A stretch of 64,000 nucleotides of DNA, from positions 4,416,001 through 4,480,000 of the forward strand of contig OZ242214.1 of assembly GCA_965206595.1 (NCBI GenBank), read 5' to 3'. The position numbers were made by a program, and so were the translations under genes. Positions 48,011 through 57,798 of the stretch are shown here, piece after piece. The notes below the pieces were generated by a model, which worked only from the letters and a program-made list of their open reading frames with translations, was not told the origin of the DNA and did not search any database. How positions within the stretch are numbered: position 1 is the stretch's first letter; every line of letters begins with the position of its first letter. The DNA is from Candidatus Latescibacterota bacterium (GTDB lineage Bacteria > Latescibacterota > UBA2968 > UBA8231).

Positions 48011-49474
48011 TCACGCCGAGGGGGAATCCGGCTCCGTACGCGAATCCGCCTCCAGGCGCTGCACAGCAAACATCATGCCGATACAGAACCAGAACATGTT
48101 GTTGGGCAGATCGCCGTTGAAGGACTGGTTGACTTGGAAGGCTGCAAAGGTGGCGATCAGGCCGATCGTCACGGCGCGGAAATAGGGGTCTTGCATCTGC
48201 CGGAAGCGTGTCAGGCTCAAAAAGAACGTCCGCCCTACGAACCACAGAAACACGGCGAAACCGACGATGCCCAGCTCGCCCAGGACCGTGGTGATGACCG
48301 TGTGGGCTTCGTTGACGTGACTCCAGTGAGGGTACCCGGGGGGGGCGTACTGGGAAAACACATAGGGGAATGCCCGCCAACCGATACCGAGGATCGGATG
48401 GTCGAAGAACATGCCCAGGGAGGCCATGATCAGGTAGATGCGCGCCGTGCTCGAAGTGCGGCCGATGGAGCCGAACTGGTCGATCAGGGTGAAGATGGAT
48501 ATGAAGCGCTCGAAGATGTACTCGGCAAACGGCACGAACTGCTTCAGCCCCAGGACCAGCAGGATGGACGCGAACATCAGAATGAACAGATAGCGCAGCT
48601 TGCGGCTGAGCCAGAGGATGACCATCACCCCCAGCATCGTCGCCACCCAGCTGGAACGGCTGAACGAGGCCAGCAGCCCGGCGACGCCGATGAGGACCGA
48701 CAGCGCGAACAGCATCCGCTGCCAAAGAGGCTGGCGGAAGTTGAGCAGAACGGCCAACAGTGGCAGCATCCCGCTCAACAGGAACATGGCGAAGATGTTG
48801 GGATTGTGGAACGTTCCCGTCGCCCTCGGCACGTTGCCGCCCAACGCGGTGATGACCTTGACCGGAAGGTGGAACTGGCCGGTGACGACCTGGTAGGTTC
48901 CCATCACCGCACCGGCGACGGTGCAGACGACCATCGACCACAGCACCAGCGACACCGCCCCCCTGGAGTCGATGATGACCTGGACCATGTAGGCGAATAG
49001 ACCCAGGGCACAGAGCCGGAAGAAGCTGACCGTCGCCTCGGGCTGGTTGGGCGAATAGGTCAGCGACACGGCGATACAGCCCAGGAACAGAATCAGCGGG
49101 GCCTTGATCTCGAAATCGGGAAAACGGGTGCGTCTCTGCACGCAGATCTGGGCGGCGAGTGCGAGGATCAGCAGCCCGAGAGTCAGGTGGAAACCTGTAA
49201 GGTGAAAGACACCCTTGACCTTGCCCGCTTCGGTCAACAGCCGCCCGGTGCTGTCCAGGCCGGAGGTCAGGATTATGAGCGGGATGATGATCCAGGGCCT
49301 CAGCAGGGCCCCGGCCGCGTAGAGCACGGCGCACAGTAAGCCGATCAGGAAGAAGGGCAGCAGTTCGCTGACGAAGATGCTGCCGGCTGCCACCACGGCC
49401 TGGAATACCAGGAAGACGGCAAACCAGCGGCGGTCGAAGAGGTCGCTCAGGTTTCTCTCAGCCAGGATGGTCAT
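48011..49474 (-). CDS. O-antigen ligase/polymerase (Wzy_C) family protein
   Basis: RATGTFHNPN, SFSRSSW, HPILGIG and AH…ELGIVG motifs; many TM helices. Confidence 0.88.
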   Translation of the reverse strand: MTILAERNLSDLFDRRWFAVFLVFQAVVAAGSIFVSELLPFFLIGLLCAVLYAAGALLRPWIIIPLIILTSGLDSTGRLLTEAGKVKGVFHLTGFHLTLGLLILALAAQICVQRRTRFPDFEIKAPLILFLGCIAVSLTYSPNQPEATVSFFRLCALGLFAYMVQVIIDSRGAVSLVLWSMVVCTVAGAVMGTYQVVTGQFHLPVKVITALGGNVPRATGTFHNPNIFAMFLLSGMLPLLAVLLNFRQPLWQRMLFALSVLIGVAGLLASFSRSSWVATMLGVMVILWLSRKLRYLFILMFASILLVLGLKQFVPFAEYIFERFISIFTLIDQFGSIGRTSSTARIYLIMASLGMFFDHPILGIGWRAFPYVFSQYAPPGYPHWSHVNEAHTVITTVLGELGIVGFAVFLWFVGRTFFLSLTRFRQMQDPYFRAVTIGLIATFAAFQVNQSFNGDLPNNMFWFCIGMMFAVQRLEADSRTEPDSPSA

Positions 49475-49515
49475 GATTCCGAATCAGCCGCGCAGGACGA
49501 TTGGCTTCAATAATT

Positions 49516-50739
49516 TCAGCCACGCAGGAAGGCACCCCAGCCCACTCCCTCGCCGCGCAGGTAGCGCCCCACCACCAGGATCGCCCACGCCGTGTAGGCG
49601 ATCGATTTCGACCAGGCAGCCCCCAGCAGGCCCCAGCCGGGGATGAGCCAGAAACCGAGACCGATGTTGAGGAGAAAGGCCGCCGCCGCCGCCCACAGGG
49701 TGACCGCCGGATACCCCTGCCCTGCCAGCTTGGTGTTGCAGACCGAACCGAGTCCGAGGAAAACGAGCCCCGGAAGCATCCACGCAAGGGGCAGAAAGGC
49801 TTCGGGATAAGATGGGAACAACCAGCCGATCAGCGGCCTGCCCGCCACGAGCAGCACCGAGGCGGCAGCCAGTGAAAAGAGCAATATGCCCCGGGCGACC
49901 CGCAGGCTCAACTGCCCGTCCTCGCCGCGCACCACCTTGGCCAGCAGCACGGCACCGGCCACATCGGGAACCCGCTGCATCATCTCGGCGAAGTTGAGGG
50001 CCACCCGGTAGCTGCCAACCGAGGCCTCGCCGAGAAAGTGCTCGATGAGGAACACGTCCCCGCGAAGAAGCAGGAGGACCAGCACCACCGAGACGGCGCC
50101 GCGCCCTCCCACGGCAAGCGTCCGCCGCAGGAGCCGCCGGTCGCCCCAGGTGAAACCGCCGGCGCTTCCTAGCACGGCAAAGGAGGCCAGGCCCGCCAAG
50201 CCCGCGGCGCCCGCGTAAAAAAGGAGCGCGGTCTGCAGGCTCAGCTCCCCCGCGGACAGGAGCACGGCGTTGCCTCCGAGATAGGCGGCGATGAAGACAA
50301 CCGGAACCACCGCGTACGGACGGATGCGGTCCATTCCCAGCAGCACCGCCTGCCCGGCGCGCTGCAGGACGACGAGCGCCGGCAGCGCCGCCAGAAGCGG
50401 CCACCAGGAGAGTGCTTCCGGCCCCAGAAACCGGGATGCGGTCCCGGCCCCCAGCCAGGCAATCCCCAGGCCCGCGGCGAACAGCGCCAGGAAACAGAGC
50501 AGCGCGTTGTCGCGCGCCGCGGCGCCGGCATCCTCCCGCCCCACCACGTAGGTGGTCCCGCGGCGCAGCCACTCCCCCAGAAGGGTGGCGGCGATCATCG
50601 AGGTGGTGGTCCACAGGGCCAGCTGCCCGTACCCCGCCTTGCCGAGGTGGTTGGCCAACAGCCAGTGGTTGACCATTCCAAGGGCGAAGACGATTCCGGT
50701 AGAAATCCCGTTCAGGGAAAACCCGCGAATGAAGTTCAT
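49516..50739 (-). CDS. Polysaccharide flippase (Wzx-like)
   Basis: LANHLGKAGYG, DVFLIEHFLG..SVGSY and LIPGWGLLGAAW; about 12 TM helices. Confidence 0.85.
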   Translation of the reverse strand: MNFIRGFSLNGISTGIVFALGMVNHWLLANHLGKAGYGQLALWTTTSMIAATLLGEWLRRGTTYVVGREDAGAAARDNALLCFLALFAAGLGIAWLGAGTASRFLGPEALSWWPLLAALPALVVLQRAGQAVLLGMDRIRPYAVVPVVFIAAYLGGNAVLLSAGELSLQTALLFYAGAAGLAGLASFAVLGSAGGFTWGDRRLLRRTLAVGGRGAVSVVLVLLLLRGDVFLIEHFLGEASVGSYRVALNFAEMMQRVPDVAGAVLLAKVVRGEDGQLSLRVARGILLFSLAAASVLLVAGRPLIGWLFPSYPEAFLPLAWMLPGLVFLGLGSVCNTKLAGQGYPAVTLWAAAAAFLLNIGLGFWLIPGWGLLGAAWSKSIAYTAWAILVVGRYLRGEGVGWGAFLRG

Positions 50740-50955
50740 CCGTCAATGAAGCGGGAAACCCCTTCGCGCCCGGAGGCTCCCGGCGCCTGAGACCGCTTTA
50801 TCGAGGGCATCGGGGGTCCGGTTCGCCCCGATGCCTGCCGGGTTCCCTGGCCTGGCGATCTCTCTCGGGTCCACTTGTCGGACGGGGTCGGATGCGCCCC
50901 CGCAGCCGGGTCCGCGGAGAGGGCCGGGTTTCCACCCCTTACAGGAAGGCCCCAC

Positions 50956-51750
50956 TCACGCCTCCACCCCCTGGACCTTTCCGGGTTCCAGCCCCATCGA
51001 CTGGTGCTGCCGGCGCGCCGAATCGAGGTAGCGCTGGTGGGCCTCCTCGTCGAGGCGGCAGCTGTCGCCGTACATCACCATGGCGAAGGCCCGGCGGGAA
51101 CGCGTCGCCGACCTGTTCGGGTCGGCCCGGTGGATGATCTCGCAGTGGTGCACCGCGGCATCCCCGGGGCGCAAGCGGATGGCGACCTCCCGCGCTTCGT
51201 CCTCCGGCCCGAAGTCGGAGATCCCCTGGGAGAATCCGAGCACGCTGGTCGCCGCGTGCGGCCGCAGGCCGCGCTTGTGCGCCCCGGCGACGTAGCGCAG
51301 ACAGCCGTTCTCCTCGTCGACCGGGTCCAGCGCCAGCCAGATGGTCGCCGCGTTGGCCGGTTTCAGGTTGAAGTAGTAGTTGTCCTGGTGCGGAGGCGTG
51401 GGATGCAGTGTGTTCGGCGGCTTGTTGAACCACTCCGGCTCCTTGGCCTCGGCCGGCTCGCCGAGCAGGTCCTCGGCCAGCCTCATCCAGCGCGGATGCC
51501 TGGCGTATTCGGCGAAGAACGGATCGTTGCCCATGTGCTGCATCTGCTTCAGGGTCTCGGGGCGGCTGCGGTCCTGGTAGAAGGCGTCCGAGTCCGACAG
51601 GGTCGGCACGACGTCGCGGATGTAGCGGTCGAGGTTCTCCTGCAGCTCGGCGAACTCCTCCCCGGTGAGAAACTCAGGCACCACCGCGTAGCCGTCGCGG
51701 TCGAAGCCGGGTTTGTGAGGGGCGAATGTTTCGGTGATCGTGTCGGTCAT
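50956..51750 (-). CDS. PhyH family dioxygenase
   Basis: FDRDGY, FNKPP, PHQDN, ENGCL.YV.GAH and IIHRA…SRRA motifs. Confidence 0.92.
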   Translation of the reverse strand: MTDTITETFAPHKPGFDRDGYAVVPEFLTGEEFAELQENLDRYIRDVVPTLSDSDAFYQDRSRPETLKQMQHMGNDPFFAEYARHPRWMRLAEDLLGEPAEAKEPEWFNKPPNTLHPTPPHQDNYYFNLKPANAATIWLALDPVDEENGCLRYVAGAHKRGLRPHAATSVLGFSQGISDFGPEDEAREVAIRLRPGDAAVHHCEIIHRADPNRSATRSRRAFAMVMYGDSCRLDEEAHQRYLDSARRQHQSMGLEPGKVQGVEA

Positions 51751-51918
51751 CGCTCTCTTCTCCATTTGGTGAAGACATGTAAATATAACTGCCGGCCGCA
51801 GATGGAGCCGGCCGCCCCGGGCATGTCCGACGCGGCCGGGCATCCCCGGGGCCCGGGATATCCCGCTGCAACTGGCACGCCAGCAGAGCGACCCTATCTG
51901 CCAGCTCCCGGGCGGCCG

Positions 51919-54147
51919 TCAGCCCGCCTCGAACCTGCGCAGGACGTTGCCGGTGATGCGGGAGACGTTGTTGTCGTAGCCGTTGTGGGAAAGGCTGCCG
52001 CACCAGCTGATCGAGCCGACGGAGAAGACCGCCCCGCCCTTGGGACCCTCGTAGTAGACCATGTCGGCGCGCACGAGCGGGTTGCCGCTTCCACCGGTCG
52101 GCGGGCCGGAGGCTTTCTGGTCTTCGATCGCCAGCTGGTAGTCGTCGGAATGGCCCCATGAGGAGGCGAGCAGGAGGGCGTGGGCCGGGGTTCCGAGGCC
52201 GTGGTCCATGCGGTCGATCTCGAAGCCGGCGGCGCCGTGCCCGTACACCAGCGAGGGAAAGTCCCCGACCAGCTCGTCCTCCCCGATCCCCTCGAAAATG
52301 AATGCCGCGCGCTCGTCGAAGCTGCCGGGCTGGCGGCGGTAGGGCCGGTTCTCGCCGCTGCCCATCGCCACGAAGCCGACCCCCACGGTCTTCTGGGGCG
52401 CGCGGTTGCGCAGCCGCCACAGGCCGCCCAGCTCGCCGGTGGTGCTGTGGTGGTACTCTCCCGGCAGGGCCTCCCAGGCGCGCGTGCCTCCCCAGCGCCT
52501 GACCTCGATGACGCGCGGGCGCTCCGGGTCGAAGGAGGTGACCCAGTAGAGGCCGTTGCCGCCGAGGTACATCAGCCGTCCCCCATCCGCCTGGTACGAC
52601 TGCATGCCGTCGAGCATCTGCAGGGTCCAGTACTCCGGATGGGTGCCGGTGACGACGACGCGGTACGGCGCCAGCAGCTCCGCTCCTTCGAGGTGGAGGT
52701 CGTCGTCGCTGATCACGTCGTACCCGAACCCCTGGGCGTCCATCCAGTCGAGCAGGTGGAAGTCGGCATTCAGCCCGTGGGGCCAGCCCGCGGCCAGCGA
52801 CAGCGCCGCGTTCCGGTACCCGGGCTTCATGTTCAGGATCGGCCGCAGGCGGGAGGAGTAGCAGACCCCGGAGCCGTCGCTGTGCATGTCGTAGAGGCTC
52901 ATCAGGTTGTGGTCGCGCATGTACTGGTCGCGGCGGCCGACCGGCCCGCTGTCGCGGCGGCCCAGCTCGACCCGCATCGGGTCGTTGTACTGCTGGTTGG
53001 CGTAGGCGAGGTAGGTGACCGATGGGGCGAGAAAGGCGATGCGGGACTGCGGCCGACCGCGGGCTGGCCTCGCCGCGAAAGGGACGAAATCCTCCTCCCC
53101 GCCGGACCTCAGCCTCGCCGCGTAGATGCCGCTGGCCAGCCCCTCGGGAACCTGCCACGCGAAGCCGGTCTCCCACCCCGCATCCTCGAGGTCGTCGTCG
53201 TGAAAGTGGATGGCTCCGTACTCGGAGGGCCTCGCCCTGAAATCGGCCTCGCGGCCGCTCCAGTTGCGGCCCGCCGCGGCGCGCATCGGCAGGTTGACGG
53301 CGCGTCCGTGAAGGCCCTGGGGTGAGGTGTCGGTCACCTGCGACGACGAGATGTCAAGGGAGAAATCCCAGCTCGCGACGAGGTCCTCTGCCGCGACGGA
53401 GTCTTCTCCCCTGCGCAGCTGATCGATCTCTTCGGCGGACAGCGCACGTCCGTACAACCGGGGGCTGTCGATCCTGCCGTTGTAATGGGCCGTAGCGACA
53501 GGCTCGCCTTCCCCGGTGCACCGCCAGTACGCCGCCATCAGGAAATCGCAGGAGCTGGTCCCGGCCACCCCAGGCCCGACGGTTTTCGCGACCGACAGCG
53601 AAGGATCTCCGAGCGGCCAGCCGACCACCGGCTCCTGGTACAGGCAGGCCTCGCCGGTGGCGGGGTCCCAGGTTGCCGCAACCGAGTACCAGTGCGATGC
53701 CCCAAGGCCGGCGTTAATGCGGATTCTTTCGATCCGCTCCTTGCCTGAGCCGAGCCAGAGCGCCAGACAGCCGTCTTCGTCGAGTACGAGGGCAAAGCCG
53801 GATTGCTCCTGGTCGCACCATTTCGTCAGCAGGCCCTGGACCCCCTTTTCGGGGGTGGTCGGGAAAACCCAGGCGTGCAGGGTGAAGCCGTCGCTGCCGT
53901 CGAGACAGGAGTCGTGGGGCACTGCCACCGACGAGCCGGTGCGAATCGGCTGCGGCCGGCCCGGGTACTCGCCGGCGACGTCGGAGTCGACGGCATCGAA
54001 CCGGAAGCCCGGGCCCGCGGGGTTCTCGTCGAGGTGGCGCAGGCGGACGATGTCGCCGCGGTAGGTGGGGGACTCGCTGCTGACCATGAAGCGGACGGTC
54101 TCCCCCGGGGCGGCGCTGAAGCGGTCGCTGTACCCGACGAGCTTCAT
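51919..54147 (-). CDS. N,N-dimethylformamidase large-subunit family protein with LamG-like domain
   Basis: GYSDRFS, AIHFHDDDL, TYLAYAN, SLYD.H.DGSG, HPEYW, YLGGNG.YW and FSVGSISW. Confidence 0.88.
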   Translation of the reverse strand: MKLVGYSDRFSAAPGETVRFMVSSESPTYRGDIVRLRHLDENPAGPGFRFDAVDSDVAGEYPGRPQPIRTGSSVAVPHDSCLDGSDGFTLHAWVFPTTPEKGVQGLLTKWCDQEQSGFALVLDEDGCLALWLGSGKERIERIRINAGLGASHWYSVAATWDPATGEACLYQEPVVGWPLGDPSLSVAKTVGPGVAGTSSCDFLMAAYWRCTGEGEPVATAHYNGRIDSPRLYGRALSAEEIDQLRRGEDSVAAEDLVASWDFSLDISSSQVTDTSPQGLHGRAVNLPMRAAAGRNWSGREADFRARPSEYGAIHFHDDDLEDAGWETGFAWQVPEGLASGIYAARLRSGGEEDFVPFAARPARGRPQSRIAFLAPSVTYLAYANQQYNDPMRVELGRRDSGPVGRRDQYMRDHNLMSLYDMHSDGSGVCYSSRLRPILNMKPGYRNAALSLAAGWPHGLNADFHLLDWMDAQGFGYDVISDDDLHLEGAELLAPYRVVVTGTHPEYWTLQMLDGMQSYQADGGRLMYLGGNGLYWVTSFDPERPRVIEVRRWGGTRAWEALPGEYHHSTTGELGGLWRLRNRAPQKTVGVGFVAMGSGENRPYRRQPGSFDERAAFIFEGIGEDELVGDFPSLVYGHGAAGFEIDRMDHGLGTPAHALLLASSWGHSDDYQLAIEDQKASGPPTGGSGNPLVRADMVYYEGPKGGAVFSVGSISWCGSLSHNGYDNNVSRITGNVLRRFEAG

Positions 54148-54238
54148 GTTCTTGCAGTGGCCAGGAATACCTGCGATCGAGCCGGGAGAGGCCGGTTACT
54201 CCAGGGCCTCGAGCCCGCGGCGGTCGCAGGGGTGCGAA

Positions 54239-55036
54239 TCAATCGGCGGGGCTTCGGTCCAGGGTCTCCAGCCAGCGGTAGCCGTAGTCCGGAACGCCCG
54301 GGGACGGGGCGGTAACGCCGCTGGCGAACATGTCGAAGCGTTCGACTCGCAGACGGTAACTGTACCCGTGCCATGGCTGGAAACCGACGATCTCGCTGCG
54401 AAACGCCTCCCCATTGACCACGTTGCAGTACACCTGGTTGTCGCCTCTGCCGCACTCGATCCGGTGCGGGGCCACGGTTATCTCCTCTTCGGTTCCGGCC
54501 GCTTCGGTCTTCGAGTCGACCGCATTCAATACGTACCTGCCGTCGCTGTACTTGTTGACGTCGAGGGTATAGTGGAACCCGGCCTCGAACTCGAAGCCGG
54601 TGACTATGTCGGTGTACGGGGCCCCGTCAACGAGCAGACAGAAGTCGTCGAGCTGCGAGCATTTCACCCGCGCCGGTCCCAGGGACAAGGTCGCCGGAGT
54701 GGATTCGGCCGGGGTCTTCTCCAGCTGTTCCAGCAGGCGATATGCGTATCGGCCGGCATCCTGCGGCGGCTCCTCTCCATTCCAGGGATCGTACTTCCCG
54801 ATTCGCAGACGGTAGTCGTAGCCGGCCTCGAACTCGAAGCCCTCGATCGCATCGTAGAACAGGAAGCCGTCAACCACCATACAGGACCGTTCGGCCACGC
54901 CGTAGCACCTGGCCAGGGTCGGGCGGACGGTTACTTCACTTGTCTCGATATACTTCTCCTCGGAATCCACCGGTCTATCGCAGGCGGCAAGAACCATTCC
55001 TGACAGGACGGGGAGAATGGAAAGCCTGACTTGCAT
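54239..55036 (-). CDS. Lipoprotein with three tandem DUF4377-like domains
   Basis: Lipobox VLAAC; three V.P…C…C..V…I.GF…G..Y.L units. Confidence 0.75.
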   Translation of the reverse strand: MQVRLSILPVLSGMVLAACDRPVDSEEKYIETSEVTVRPTLARCYGVAERSCMVVDGFLFYDAIEGFEFEAGYDYRLRIGKYDPWNGEEPPQDAGRYAYRLLEQLEKTPAESTPATLSLGPARVKCSQLDDFCLLVDGAPYTDIVTGFEFEAGFHYTLDVNKYSDGRYVLNAVDSKTEAAGTEEEITVAPHRIECGRGDNQVYCNVVNGEAFRSEIVGFQPWHGYSYRLRVERFDMFASGVTAPSPGVPDYGYRWLETLDRSPAD

Positions 55037-55471
55037 TGATTCACCTCTTCCTTTCCGACCGCGGTTCCAGGGGTAGAGACAGGATGAGCACACTAGGCAC
55101 AAGGCCACGCTGGGGGCGGACTACGACTTCGCCGGGTGGGGGGCTGGCAGCAGGGGGCAGGGTGCGCTACACCGGCGCATTCCCCATGAGCTCAGGGGTA
55201 TTCGTGGGCGAGGCTGGATTCCTATTCGGGTGCTGGATCTCAACATGGCCTGCCAGTTGCCCATGGAGCAGGATCTGGTGCTGCGGGTCGAAGGCGAGCA
55301 ACCTGCTGGGCAGGGACTTCCAGGCGTTCGTCGGCGCCCCTGCGGTGGGGCGGCTGGTCTTCGCTCAGCTGGGGTGCCGGTTCTGAAGCGGCCATGAGAC
55401 TTCATATTTATCAAATATTTTCCTGGGACACGACTGACTTGACGAAGTCACTATCTGAAATATGACCGAGA

Positions 55472-56788
55472 TCACGAGTCAGCGTACCGATCCAGCTGCC
55501 AGCGCTCCGCCCGGACCGCGTCGAGCCTCACCTTGACCCGCACCTCCTCGGCATCGTAGCGGCGTTCGAGGACCTCCCCCTGGTCGAACAGCTGCGACAG
55601 AAGCCGCCCCTCCCGTTGGGGGATCCGCAGGTCGAGGGTGACCTCCCGCTCTTCGCAATAGAAGCGGATCTTCTCCTTCAGGAGGTCGAGCCCTTCGCCG
55701 CTGAGCGCCGATACCGCGACCTTGCCGGGCTCCGACAGCAGCGAGCGGGCGTAGAGATCCCCCTCTTCCTCCATCCGGTCGAGCTTGTTGTGCACCTCGA
55801 TCACCGGGTTGTCCGCGGCGCCCAGCGTCGACAGGACTTCGGCGACCGTGGCGGCGTGCCCCCGCCAGTGGGGGTGGCTGGCGTCGATGACGTGCAGCAA
55901 CAGGTCGGCCTGCGCCGCTTCTTCCAGCGTTGCCCGGAAGGAGGCGACGAGGTGATGCGGCAGGCGCCTTATGAAGCCGACCGTGTCGGTAAGCAGGATC
56001 TTCCGGTTGCCCTCGAGCTCGACGGAGCGCGTCGTCGAGTCCAGGGTGGCGAAGAGCTGGTCCTCCACGAGCACGTCGGCCCCCGACAGCGCCCTCATCA
56101 AGGTCGACTTGCCGGCGTTGGTGTAGCCGACCAGGGCCACCCGGAACTCCTCGCGCCGCCCCTTGCGGCTGGTCTCGAACTGGCTGTCGATGCGGTCCAG
56201 CTCGCGGGTCAGCGCCCCGATGCGGCGGCGGATCATGCGTCGGTCTGTCTCGAGCTGCGTTTCCCCCGGGCCGCGCACCCCGGCCGCTCCCATGCCGCGG
56301 ATGGCGCCGCCTCCGGCCTGCCGGGAGAGGTGGGTCCACTGCCGGGTCAGGCGCGGCAACAGATAGTTGAGCTGGGCGAGCTCGACCTGGACCTGCGAGG
56401 TCCGCGTGCGCGCGTGGCGGGAGAAGATGTCGAGGATGATGGCGCTGCGGTCGAGGATCCGCAGGTCGGTGAGTTTCTCGAGGTTGCGCATCTGCGCAGG
56501 GGTGAGATCGCAGTCGAAGACGATCATGGCCGCCCCTGCTGCCGCGGCCCTGGATTTGAGCTCTTCCGCCTTGCCCTTGCCTATGTAGTAGCGGGGCTCG
56601 ATGCGCGGGCGCGCCTGGGTGACGAGGCCGGCCACCGCAATCGTCGCCGTCGTGACCAGACGCGAGAGCTCGTCGAGCGAATCCTCGGTTTCCCCGCGCG
56701 GCGTGTCAGAGAGGGATAGGCCGACGAGGAGGGCGGACTCGGGCGAACGTCCAGTGGATTCCTGCGGCTGTGGGGATGTCGCTTCCAG
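55472..56788 (-). CDS. hflX: Ribosome-splitting GTPase HflX (probable CTG start)
   Basis: SLDEL..L, YIGKGK, DRSAIILDIF, GPGETQLE, GYTNAGKST, LFATLD, DTVGF and NKLD motifs. Confidence 0.95.
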   Translation of the reverse strand: MEATSPQPQESTGRSPESALLVGLSLSDTPRGETEDSLDELSRLVTTATIAVAGLVTQARPRIEPRYYIGKGKAEELKSRAAAAGAAMIVFDCDLTPAQMRNLEKLTDLRILDRSAIILDIFSRHARTRTSQVQVELAQLNYLLPRLTRQWTHLSRQAGGGAIRGMGAAGVRGPGETQLETDRRMIRRRIGALTRELDRIDSQFETSRKGRREEFRVALVGYTNAGKSTLMRALSGADVLVEDQLFATLDSTTRSVELEGNRKILLTDTVGFIRRLPHHLVASFRATLEEAAQADLLLHVIDASHPHWRGHAATVAEVLSTLGAADNPVIEVHNKLDRMEEEGDLYARSLLSEPGKVAVSALSGEGLDLLKEKIRFYCEEREVTLDLRIPQREGRLLSQLFDQGEVLERRYDAEEVRVKVRLDAVRAERWQLDRYADS

Positions 56789-56813
56789 AGCGTCTCCTTC
56801 GAGGCTTCGCCGA

Positions 56814-56889
56814 ATTGTATACCGCCTACTGCAACGAAGTCAACCAGAAACCCATTTGCCTTGACACTCGAAAATCCAGCCTCTACCCT
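56814..56889. promoter_or_regulatory. Back-to-back sigma70-like promoters for hflX (-) and tauD-like/glnD (+)
   Basis: Minus strand: TTGACT (56843-56838) -18- TACAAT (56819-56814). Plus strand: TTGACA (56861-56866) -17- TACCCT (56884-56889). Confidence 0.6.
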
Positions 56890-56925
56890 CGATCAAAGGA
56901 TGGAAAATGAAGATGGAACCCACCT

Positions 56926-57765
56926 TTGATTTCTGCCTTTGAGATAAACCCGCGCGGCGCCAGCCTGGCGGTCCTGCCCACCGGAGGCGCCCTCGGCGCC
57001 GAGATCGCCGGATGCGACCTCTCGGTGCCGCTGACGCCCGCCCAGGTCGTCCAAGTGCGCCGCGCCCTGCTCGACCACGGCGTCGTCTTCTTTCGCCGGC
57101 AGCAGCTCCGCGACGAGGACATGGTGCGCTTCACCGCCTGTTTCGGCAAACCGGTGCCCCACGTCCGCAAGCAGCGCCCGCGGCGGGTCAAGGAGATCTT
57201 CCTCATATCCAACATCAGGGAGAACGGCGAGCCGATCGGGGAACTGGGTGACGAGCTGATTCCCCTCCACTCGGACCTCTCCTACCTCCAGCGGCCAGGC
57301 ACCCTCTCTGTGCTCTACGCGCTGGAGATACCTTCGACCGGCGGCCAGACCCAGTGGTGCAACTGCACCGCGGCCTACGAGGAGCTCGACGGCGCCATGA
57401 AGGCCCGCCTGAAAGGGATGCGTGCCGTGCACCGCCACTACGTCGAAGCGCAGAATCCCCCCGAGCACGTCGCCCACCCGATCGTGCGCACCCACCCGGA
57501 GACCGGGCGGCGCTCGCTCTACGTCGGCCCGCACCTGACGCGGTACGTCGTCGGCCTCGGGAGGCAGGAGAGCGACTCCCTGCTCGCCGAGCTCTACGCC
57601 CATCTCGAGCAGCCCCGGTTCGTCTGGACCCACGAGTGGCAGGTCGGCGACGTCGTCCTCTTCGACAACCGCCCGACCTTGCACCGGCGTCTCCCCTTTC
57701 CCCCGGACCAGCGCCGCCTGATGAAGCGCACCCAGGTCTTCAACGACGAGATACCGATGGAGTAG
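56926..57765 (+). CDS. TauD/TfdA family Fe(II)/2OG dioxygenase
   Basis: LGAEI.G.DL, LHSDL, HPIVRTHPETGR and W..GDV..FDNR.TLHR; start uncertain (an out-of-frame ATG at 56907 has the RBS). Confidence 0.9.
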   Translation: MISAFEINPRGASLAVLPTGGALGAEIAGCDLSVPLTPAQVVQVRRALLDHGVVFFRRQQLRDEDMVRFTACFGKPVPHVRKQRPRRVKEIFLISNIRENGEPIGELGDELIPLHSDLSYLQRPGTLSVLYALEIPSTGGQTQWCNCTAAYEELDGAMKARLKGMRAVHRHYVEAQNPPEHVAHPIVRTHPETGRRSLYVGPHLTRYVVGLGRQESDSLLAELYAHLEQPRFVWTHEWQVGDVVLFDNRPTLHRRLPFPPDQRRLMKRTQVFNDEIPME

Positions 57766-57798
57766 CCCCCGCGGCTGCCCTCGACCAGAGCGATTGAA

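Noticed and set aside
55037-55471. Short ORFs between the DUF4377 gene and hflX
   Set aside because: No recognisable motif or consistent frame; may be a gene relic but cannot be supported
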